From assembly GCF_009914755.1 (NCBI RefSeq), contig NC_060939.1: a stretch of DNA of 64,000 nucleotides; one strand, written 5' to 3'. A program made the position numbers and the translations under genes. The notes beneath the pieces are model-generated. The model saw only the letters and a program-made list of their open reading frames with translations. It did not search any database and was not told the DNA's origin. Positions 43,885 through 55,157 of the stretch are shown here, piece after piece (the first letter of the stretch is position 1; each line of letters begins with the position of its first letter). This DNA is from the human T2T-CHM13v2.0 reference genome, Homo sapiens.

Positions 43885-43984
43885 TCATCAGTTGAGAAAG
43901 AGGATGAAATGAATGGAAACATTTCAGGATAAAATAATGTGGCATATGGTAAGATCTCCAAACTATTTATTGTAGGACTCTAAA

Positions 43985-44702
<718 letters not shown>

Positions 44703-45949
44703 CGGTAGGGTTGCTTATAAAGTATTTTAAGTAAGAAATATAGAACAATAGAGAAGTGAAGGGTAGCAGGATTATACAAGTAAATCAAGAAATACAAGAC
44801 GATTAATACTATTGCACATGAGCCCAACATATAACTTGAGCTTCCTACAGGTCAGGGCAAAAAGAAAATCTTGTTGAATCACATGGCCCTTGTTGTTGTG
44901 TTGTTTTATCTCTTCATTTTTTTTTTTAAATAGTAGGAAATGCATTAGAAGCATTTCGCTGGTCCTAAAATCTGAGAGTCACTGGGTATGTGCAGTCTTT
45001 AACTATTTTTTTAAATCTTCTCTTAATCTATTTTTATTTTTAAGTACAAAAATTGAGTGACAATTTTATCTTATAATTTAAAAATATTAAATTTAATGCA
45101 AAGCTTTTATAGCTAATGTATTTGTACACAGATTATTCATATCTCTGGAACTGATACCATTTTTATCTACAAGTATAAATTGCAACTTCTGTGGACTTTT
45201 ACATGTGGGAAATTTAAAAGGTTTTCTTTTTATTCTCATGCAAGGATTTCTGTGTAGTTCTAGGAGAATTTATGGGTCCAGTATCCTCTTCAGATGATAG
45301 AGAGGAGCTGCAGAGAAGAATTTTCCCTGGGAGCCTGTTCCATGGATGTATGGATCTTCTCATGTCATGCAATAAAAGCTGTTGACAAGGAACAGTAGTT
45401 TTACATGTTGAAAAAGCTTGAAAGGAATATTTCAGTGAAACATTTTATAGGCTCAATGTTTTCTCTTTAGTTTTCAAAGCAGTGGTCAACATAGTTGGAA
45501 TCTGACTTTACTACTCATTTTTCTTACGAAGTTGATTTTTTTAATGCATTTGTTTCCATTGACTACTTACTTTCCCATAATGACTTAGGAAAAACAATTA
45601 ATGACAGTCAAAATGGGATTTATTGGCACCACGAGAACACTGATATGTTTATCCTTCTGTCTCTGAGACTATGTATGGAGTACCAGTACATTATTTGGCA
45701 CCTGGCAGGTATGCTCTGGTCAGTGCCTTTTCTTACTTCTCTCTTTGTTGGTTGGCTGATTGGTATTGTGTTATATGCAAGAGAGTATTTTGGAGAATTA
45801 TCCCGTGGGTATTGCTTGGCATCGTCAGTTCTGGAGTGCCACCTAGTTGAATGTAATCTTGCTTTAGATGGCCGTAGGCTGTGGCTCCAGCTCCTGACTT
45901 CATGCCCTCCTTTTAGGATTTCTTTCCTCCTGACCTCTCTGCCACTCTT

Positions 45950-46005
45950 CCTGGCCTGGGACAGATAAGAGGCACCACCTGGCCTCGGACAGATAAGAGG
46001 CACCA
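45950..46005. repeat. Tandem duplication of a 28-bp unit (27/28 identical)
   Basis: CCTGGCCTGGGACAGATAAGAGGCACCA followed by CCTGGCCTCGGACAGATAAGAGGCACCA. Confidence 0.95.
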
Positions 46006-47989
46006 AGCTGACCTGTCCATCCTTCCTCAGTTTCCTCTGCAGCCATGCCAAGGAAAAGGGATACTGGAATTCACATCACTATCTCCCCAGCTTGTCCCCA
46101 GGCCCAAAACATCAAATAATGTATGCCACCAAACTGTAGTCCATTTCATGTATTCCAGCAATGACAGTACATTCCCTGTTTTAGAGTCTAGTCCTAGATC
46201 AGAAACTTATGAGGATTCCCTACCTGTTTGAATCTGCTGGGTATAATTTTAGTCCCACCGCAAAGTTTCTCCCCTTCCTGCCTCGGGATGGTCTTGAACG
46301 AGAAGTAAATTAGTGTTTTCAAAGCTCTTTTACAGAAGTTAATATGTTTCTAACTGGCACAGCACACCTTGTTTTCACTATTAATAACTAGCCAGTGTGC
46401 CTTAAGTGGAAGTCACCTTTTCTGTTTTAGAAAAATGGGTGGGGATTTGGTGAGGTGGGGGCTGAGAAAGACAGAGCAGATGAATGAATCAACATAGGAA
46501 TAGCGAAAGGTCTGATCCTTTGGGAGGAAGGAGAAAAATAACAAAACCCTGATGTACTGTATTGTATCCATTATGTCTGCTGAGAAATTAGGGTCAGGGG
46601 CCCGAAACTTTTCACTATCTCTTGGCGTCTGTTTCAGTTCAGGTGGGGTGGCTTTCCCCTGTGATGGGTCATTTCCTTCTCTCCTTTCACATTCCAGGCT
46701 GCATTAAGATGACAAATTTCACGTATAGGTTCGGGCACAGGCATGAAAACCTAAGCTATTCAGCTGAGTGAGTGCAGATGAGTTGATTTATTGTGAGGGA
46801 AAAAAGGGGTGTTTGAAGAGCACAAAAGACTTTTGCGAGCCCAGCTCTGCAAGAAAGCACACAATAGATGGCCCAGGCCCTACCCTGAACCCCAGACTCC
46901 CTGGTCTGAGGCCTCATCAAACCTATCAAGTATGGAAGAGAAATGTTAAAGTAATTAAGAGACGTCTTTAAAGTACACCTCCTCCAGCATGTGTGGATCA
47001 CAGATGAAACTTTATTTGAAAAATAACCTTATAGTGGTTTGCAGAAATATTTGGGGTATAATAAGTAGAATAAAGGTCTTGTGTTCTTTTCTATCTGTGA
47101 ACTCTGCAATAAATACTTCTCCTGCCCTCCCTTTAGGAGGGGTAGAAAAAATCCTGGACAGCAGAGAGCAAGTCCATCAGATCAAACATGACTGCGTTAA
47201 ATACTAAAATGTTCAAAGTCCGACTGAGATAGATAAAAGCTTTGATGGAAAGTGGATATTTCCCAGGGACATTACAAGCAATAATCCAGATGTTATGGTG
47301 TAATGCAGCGAGTGTCCATGGATAGATCAGGAGCTCCAGCCAAGTCGCGCCTGCTACAGTCCTCAGCCTTGCCCTCCCATGCTGTTCCGCCATATGGAAC
47401 CGATCTCTAGGCCCCCTTAATAACCAGCTTTGGATTCCATTTTCACAGAGCTCATAGAGCTAAGTGGAGCTGTTTTATGGACAAGTTAGATAGAAGCCTT
47501 TCCAAGATAAACATCCAATTTGAAATTAGGACATACCAAGCCGCAAAATTATTTTAGGGCATATTTCATGGAAGTGCTGCCATTTTTCTTAAGCAATTGC
47601 CAGACTGTAGGATGCCCTTTGATCCTTTGTGGACATTACTCCCTTTTTTATAAAAAGGATTTTGAAATAGATGCAGTGTTTAGGGAGGAATATATCTGTC
47701 GGAACTTTGAAGCATGGCCGTGGGACAGGTCATGCTTTAGCTTGTTGGTTGGCAAGTCAAACTTTAAGAAGAAAAAAAGCAAAAGGAGGAATTGCAGCAG
47801 GATATATGAATCAAAATCTCATTTTTGTTTTAAAGGTAGAAGTTTTTAGCCCATGTACTTAATAAGCTAGAAAATGTATTCAGTATATCGATATCTATAT
47901 AAACATCTATAGATATATGTGCATATATGCAGATACATCTATTTATATATTGTGATGGTGTCTGTTTATGACCAATACAAAAATCACTT

Positions 47990-48131
47990 AATATTAACTG
48001 TTTCATAAACCTTTATTGAGTATATCTGGAATATGTTATTTTTATATATAATAATAACAATAATAATAATCATATATTATTCCGGATGGAACATATTCAA
48101 TAATAAAGGTTTATGAAATAGTTAAAATATT
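47990..48131. repeat. Imperfect inverted repeat (hairpin) with an AT-rich loop
   Basis: 47994-48017 is the reverse complement of 48102-48125 at 23/24 positions. Two further inner stems are present. Confidence 0.9.
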
Positions 48132-48317
48132 CCTATACATATATTCCCATATATATATATGAAGTAAGAAGGAATTACTTATGTTCACCAGAGAAGAGGA
48201 TAGTTCTTTCTTTTTAAAATTCTTTCCTCATTTGCCCCTTCTGTTCTGTCTCAGCACCTGCAGAACCTATGTGTGTGTGTGTGTCTGTGTGTTTTAAGAG
48301 AAAAGTCACATGGATAT

Positions 48318-48692
48318 TGATATGGTTAGACTTTGTGTCCCCACCCAAATCTCATCTTGAATTGTAATCCCCATAATCCCCACTTGTCAAGGGAAAGACC
48401 AGGTGGAAGTAACTGAATTATGGGGGTGGTTTCCCCCATGCTGTTCTCATGATAGATTCTCATGAGTTCTCTTGAGATCTGATGGCTTTATAAGGGGATC
48501 TTTCCACTTCACTCGGCACTTCTCCTTCCTGCCGCCTTGTGAAGAAGGTGCCTTGCTTCCCCTTCACCTTCCATGGTGATTAAGTTTCCTGAGGCCTCCC
48601 CAGCCACGCTGCACTGAGTCAATTAAACCTCTTTCCTTTGTAAATTACCCGCCAGGCAGTTCTTTATAGCAGTGTGATAACGGAGTAATACA
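48318..48692 (+). mobile_element. THE1-type (THE1D-like) MaLR solo LTR
   Basis: tgatatggttagactttgtgtccccacccaaatctcatcttgaattgtaatcccc...attaaacctctttcc...taataca. Near-TSD GATAT/GATAG. Confidence 0.9.
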
Positions 48693-50170
48693 GATAGGAA
48701 GTTTGGGAATATGTGTTTTCTTGAATGTATTTTGTTTAAGATTGTCATAAATGATCAAAATACCTAGTGTGGCATTGTTGCGTCACTTATTAAGAGTGGT
48801 GGAGTGGCCTGGGTTCGATGAGGTAAGCTGGGCTATAATGACTATGGTACTGACATACCATTTGTTGTGATAAATTGTGACTAACTGCTGTCCGAGCAAA
48901 TTGGTGTCTAAATGATCTGGAAGATATAGCGAGCGATGACAGGAATGAATATATAGTGTTAGAAATTCATTGCTCGACGATGATGCTCAGCACCATTTAC
49001 ATTCTTCAGCCCATTTATTTCTCCTTCAATAAAGAAGCCTATGCTTGTGTTATTTCACTTACTGAACGGACAACGTAAATGAACTCTGCTAACTAAATGC
49101 AGCGTGTGGATCATGTGGGGATCCCGACTCAGACAAACTAGCCATAAAAAGGCATGGTTGAGACCATCAGGGAAATGTGAATATGCACTGTGTATTTAAT
49201 ATGCTAGACAACTTATGGTTAACGCCATTGAGTGTGATCATAGCAGGATTTTTATGTAAAAACAAATGTGGATTTTGCTTTAAGATATTTCAACCAGAAA
49301 GGAATGAAAGCATAGGTAAAATAAGATTTGCCAGACAGTGAATCTGGTAATTAAGTACATGGAGATTTATTATACTCTTCTCTTTACCTTTGTGTATGTT
49401 TGAAAATTTACATAGTGGAAATTAAAAAATGAAGTGTGACTACTCTATTTACAACTTATAACAGGACATTTGCCTTTTTCCTCCAAGGTATGTATGAGTG
49501 TGAGTAATATAATTTAGCAAAGGAAATAAGAGTTAAGTTATTGAACCCCTCCTGGGTCCCAGGTGCAGTGAGATGTGCTTTATACGCCCCCTTCCCTCCC
49601 ACCCCCACTCCAGGTCTGCAAAGCTCATTTGGCCAGCTAGGCCACTGGAGGCTCTATTTGGACTAGTGAATCTTACATGGTATAGGGCTTTTGGTAGTAT
49701 CCCAAGGAATAAAGAGAAGTGGAGACAGATTCAAATGTGAAGGATAAATTCAAAGTCATTATTTCTGAATGCCCAGAGATATTTTGCTTCCTTGCAAGGC
49801 AATGCCTTGTTCTGGTATAATATCTCTGTTGCCCAGAATGTCTTTCTTCCTCTCACACTATTAAAATAGCTAAAGGCCCAGTTGAAGGAGTCCCACCAAA
49901 GAGCGCATCTGGGTGGGAGTACCGGCCAGTGCCAAGTCAAAGTGTTGCATATACTCATCCTTCACTATATTATTACCACTCCAAAGCTTGAGAAGGAAGT
50001 CACATAACTGTGACAGCAGGTTTGCAAAACCAATGAAAAAAACAGTTTTCCCCAGGCAGGGAGGAATTTTTTTTATAATTAAATACTGAAAGTTGGAATT
50101 CCTATGATCATCAAAGTCACTCTCAGGAATTAGAAGCAAGTTTACATGTCATCTTTATTTTTTGCTTTAG

Positions 50171-50335
50171 TCCTCTTTGATACGCAACCTACGGCTCTCT
50201 GAGTCCTTGAAAAAGAACCAACTCTGGAACGGGATTATAAGTATAACTTTGTTGGAAGGGAAGAATGTCTCAGGAGGAAGCATGACAGAGATGTTTGTCC
50301 AGTTAAAACTGGGAGATCAGAGGTATAAAAGTAAG
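50171..50335 (+). CDS. MCTP2: MCTP2 coding exon G ([55 protein letters not shown]), start of C2B, 165 nt, phase 0-0
   Basis: Acceptor tttttgctttag|TCC and donor AAG|gtaagt. Confidence 0.96.
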
Positions 50336-52515
50336 GTAAGTTCCATCTTTTCCATAAGGAGAACAGTATCTTTAAAATAAAAAAAAATTAAAAATTGTTT
50401 CCCACTTTAAATTTTACAAAAGTAGAAGTAATTTATGTTCAGCCCGCCTAACTATATTAAAGAGCAGAAAACAAAATAATTGTATAGATGCAGTCAATTA
50501 ATGTGGGTATTGTTTTAATTGCTTAGTACAGTTTAATTTAGTAACTCAGAGCTAGAGAAACCTTATTAAATCATAGATTTGAATGTCTGACTTATTTTCA
50601 ATTTGAAAATAAGCAAACTATGTTTCATAGAATGTGGGAAAAGGATAAGTAAAAGTTTTCAAAATGCTACAAAAATAGAATAGCATAATACGTGATATTT
50701 GGGTTAAAATATGTGAGATAATTAAAAATATTTGCTTTCTCTTGCTTGCTAGTCTTCACGCCAAAAATAGTATCTAGTGCTGCTGTTTTTTGCTGGGATT
50801 AAAAATAATAAACTATCCAAAGTATGAAAAGTGATTTATTTTAAACAAACATAATGGCATTTTAACTGTCTTTGAAAATAATTCATCTTATTCTGCTGAT
50901 CCAAATTCCGTTTAATTTTTAATCTTAGTAATTTGGTGTGGATTTTATTTCAAAAACTATAGTCCCTAAAGCGTGATAATTAATTAGTTTTACATAACTG
51001 TCAGACAGGAATATTTCCTATGTTTTATGGATTGAAGGAGCTCTGGGGTACTTGAAACTTAAATCACTTGCCAAAAGCCACACAGGAAAAAAAAAATCAG
51101 TGGACGATTTTGAAAATATAACCGAGGATATTTCTAGCATCAAGGATGCAGCAGATACAGACAAGTTGGAAAATGATTTAGGGAGGCAAGAGGTTGTGCG
51201 CACTGCACAATTTTCAGTACAGAATCAAATATTACATGTCATCTACTCTAGCACAAAGTAGAGAATTGAAGCTCATGTTGAAGAATAGTTTATAAAAAAT
51301 GTGAAAATTGAGGGTGTATTAAGACAGAAGTATGCAGATAATTATTTTAACCAGGTAATTTCAGGCTTTGCCTCACAGTGAGGGTATCCAGGATAACCAT
51401 ATCTCTCTACTAAGATTCCTTTAGCTTGCCAGGGTCAGGCTAAGGATTTAGGAAAAATTATTCATCACTAAGCACACTTAGCCATTTGGACTAAGGTGAA
51501 GTGTAGAATTAGTTCAGTATCTGCTACATTCACCCTTGGGGAATACTGCATTTAATTTGTGGTCTAACAGGGCTTTTCTTGTTTTTTTTTTTGTTTTTGT
51601 TTTTTTCCCAACCTGGTTTCTAAATTCTGTGATCCAATATATTAAGCCTGATGTGAAAAACAGCTGAAATGATTTTACATGACATTGGCTACAGCCGAGG
51701 TCTGAGTTCTCTATGTTTTTCTGATGCAAGAATAGTTAGTACGGGGATTTAATACCTCACACTGCACCCCTAGAGCCTAATACTCTGGGACCAACATTCT
51801 TGCTCACTTTGTATTCACATATTTAATCTCTATATAAAGGAAACAAAAATGAAAATCCTGCCAATAAACCAAACGTAGAAGCAGTTTGAATCACTTTTGA
51901 AGAACACAGAAACACTTGTGGAGTTTTCAAGTCACTCTCGTTAATTTTTAGGTTTGGCTGCAGTGGAATTTCCTAGTCTTTCTCCAATCCTAGTAACTGG
52001 ATTCACTAACTTTGGATTTAAAAATAGGTAGCAATATACAAGTCGTGGGTTTCTCATTTAATGCAGCTGACAGATGTTAATTAAGACCCTAAACTGTTAA
52101 TTTATATAGTTAGTAAGCTAGCATTGAATGGATATGCCAACAAAACTGTTACTTGCATTCAATTAAGCAATTAGTGTGATGTCCTATAAGACAGACAATT
52201 GTAAGATGTCTGCTGATATATGTCCACTGTGTATGTGTGTGTATATATAATTTATGGTTTCCTGTGAGGTAACAGTACTCTTTGTAACTTGGTGGATAAA
52301 TTATTGGATCTGGGGGGCAGCTAAGATAGTAGTAATGTTTTGCCAGTTCTTGAACCCACCAAGTCCCTTTCATTCTAAAAAAAGAAGTTTACCTTTATAA
52401 GGGGTGAGGTCCATCATCTTGACCCTCTGCAGTTTAATGATGAAATTAATGTGTAGCTTCTGTAGCAATGAATGACATTTTAAGAAAATAAATATTATAA
52501 CTGCATGTTTTCTAG

Positions 52516-52646
52516 ACACTGTGTAAGAGTGCAAATCCGCAGTGGCAGGAACAGTTTGACTTTCACTACTTCTCTGACAGGATGGGCATTTTGGACATTG
52601 AAGTGTGGGGAAAGGACAACAAAAAGCATGAGGAACGTCTGGGCAC
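52516..52646 (+). CDS. MCTP2: MCTP2 coding exon H ([44 protein letters not shown]), C2B, 131 nt, phase 0-2
   Basis: Acceptor gttttctag|ACA and donor CAC|gtgagt. Contains the [11 protein letters not shown]2 motif. The reading frame differs from the ORF-track call at 52505. Confidence 0.96.
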
Positions 52647-53949
52647 GTGAGTCCCCTCTGCTTTCCAGTGGCGGGAGCATGTTTCTGCATGGGGCTGGTT
52701 CTGAGAGGTGATCTTTATCTGTTAGGGCTGAGGGCACTACCTTGCATCCCTCACCCCAGAGTGCCATCAGTGAGCTGGATGGCCAGTCCTAACTGGGGGA
52801 AAGTTTGCTTTTCATTTTTGTTTGTTTAATTGGGAAATGTCATTCAGTATTGATTAAAATAGTGTGTGTAAGGAATTATCTAAATAAAGTTAAGCTGCCA
52901 TCTCAGACTATTCAAAACATTTTATATAAATTTCCAATATACGCTATAATTTTGGTTTTGCTACCTAGCGAAATGTTATATAATTTAGTAAAGGTCTAAG
53001 GCTAGGTGTTCCCATGATGGAAGCATTTCGCTGTCCTTGATGTACTTTATAGCACACCAAGGAATGGAGTTTGAGGCCAAATCTATTTTATTTTATTTCT
53101 TTACTTTTGGACCCTCTCAACTGAGACACTCACATGTGTAATGAACAATAATATCAATATTATTGCTTCTTCCTAGGGTTGTAGTGAAAAATACAATGAA
53201 ATGAGGCAGCATAGGTGCTGTAACCCGCGTACAGTAAGCAAAAAGGAGATGCTGGCAGAAGCACAGATCATCTCTGAGCTTCAGAAAAGCCCTTTGAGTT
53301 ACTGGTATCATGCTCATTCTATAGATGATGAAATGGAACTTCAGAAGTTTACACATTACTTAGTCATGAGCTCCAGAGTCAGGATTTTGTGTTTTCAAAC
53401 ACCAAGTAGTTTTCTCCATCAAATCACTTGCCTTGTGTTCATTCTGTATACATATTATTTGTACACAGATCTTAAATTTAAACACAGATGTTGAAAGGGA
53501 TCCCAACCACTACGGGGTGTCTTTTCCGAAGCTGGATCTTGGGTTCAGGGAGATGCCTTAAGGTCACCCCTTGAGGAATGGGAGGGCCTCCTTGCACCTC
53601 TCCTCTGTGGCCAGAGCATCTCAGCTTTTGCCTGTGCTCTGTATTGGGATTCCATTTGCAGAAAGGGTTTTGTTGCTGAAAACTAAAGATTGAAAACCAC
53701 TTTTCTAGTAAAAACCCCTTCATTTTACAGACAAGGAAATGCAGAGGCCCAAGGAAGTGAAATTTTTTTTCATCAGTAAGGTGTTTAGAGGCATAAACAG
53801 ATTGAGACCCAGCTAACCCAATACCTGTGCAGGGCTTTTTCTCAGTAAAATGCTTAGCACAGTGTTTGACTGCTTCTTGTCATTGCCTCATCCCACCTCA
53901 GAATCCTGAGATAGATGCGTGAGGAGTTCAGTACCTGTGGAATGTTGCT

Positions 53950-54180
53950 CCGGTGTCTCTCAATATGGGTACCCTGTTGCATGGGACTGTCTGGCATGTT
54001 GCAGGATGTTTAGCAAACCTGGCTCTCACCTGCCTGATACCAGTAACTTTCCTTGATTATTGTGTGGAAAACACACAAGCATATGTGTGCACACACATGC
54101 ACACACAGCATCCCTTTTTTTCATCACACGTGTCCAAACACCCCTAGGGGACCAGCACTGCCCCCACTTGAGACCTCTCA
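53950..54180 (-). mobile_element. MER20-like hAT-Charlie element
   Basis: gactgtctggcatgttgcaggatgtttagcaaacctggc...ccagta...gcccccacttgaga, recalled as reverse-complement MER20 blocks. Confidence 0.55.
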
Positions 54181-55116
54181 CCTCACCCTCCACATCTCTG
54201 GTTGCATTACTTTGCACCATCTGCACATCCCCAATTCTATGCTTGTCTGTTAGATTGCAATCGTTTCTTCCCTGGCCGTCTCCCAGCCAGGTTTGCATTT
54301 AGGAGAAAACCCACTTCCTGTGGTCCTGTGGTCCAGTCTTCTACAGACATGGCCTGTCGGATGACTTCTGTGACCTTGTCTCTCACTTCTCCACACATAC
54401 AGGGTGACTGAGATAGCTCAGGCTCAGGTACTTCTCAGTGTGTCTGACGTTGTCACTGCTGTGATATACCAGGACCCTGCCAATACGGATGGTAGTAGGA
54501 TTTGAAATTTTGTGCTAGCCGAAAGAGCAAAGATCAATTACGCAAATTCAGAGAACTCTGTGTCCCAAAGTGTTATCTGAACAGTGGGAACAGGGGCCTC
54601 CTGTGATGAATGGCCAGCGTGTTGTTTTAGTAGGTGCAAAGAATAATGCCCCTGCATTTCACAAGTCATTGTGCTGTCATGCTTCCTTCACATAATAGGA
54701 AACGCTTTTCCAAATGAGTGTTGGGTTGCTTCACAGAGACAAAAAAAGTAATTTAAGATGTCTCTTGTAATCCATGTTTTGTCATTTGGGTGTTCATTTA
54801 TTATTTTAGCTATTTCCTGTTTATAACCGAGACATATACCTGTCTTGGTGGTCATTCTGTTCTTCCTCTTTATGAATTTTAAAGAATTTTTTTTTTTTGG
54901 TATCCTTTTCCTTTTTCCTCTCCTGTAGTACAAAAGATAACAAAAGTATCTCTTGGGAGCTGGTGCTACTGCTTTACCCTGCCTCGAGCTTGCAGGTGGG
55001 GGAAATCTACGGTAAAATATCGACTGCTTCTCAGACTGAAAGATTGTGCTAGCATATGTACATCACTGACATGCTACTTATGGTTCCTTCTTCCTGGCTA
55101 TTGTTTAAATATTTCA

Positions 55117-55118
<2 letters not shown>

Positions 55119-55153
<35 letters not shown>
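55119..55153. repeat. T35 homopolymer
   Basis: Counted directly. No adjacent Alu or L1 body is recognisable. Confidence 0.95.

Positions 55154-55157
<4 letters not shown>

Noticed and set aside
45495-46051. 157-aa (+) and 143-aa (-) overlapping ORFs
   Set aside because: No recognisable domain or exon context, and both start at non-ATG codons. Consistent with chance.
52505-52711. ORF-track peptide [10 protein letters not shown]... over exon H
   Set aside because: Wrong frame. The frame continuous with exons G and I encodes the C2B motif [10 protein letters not shown].
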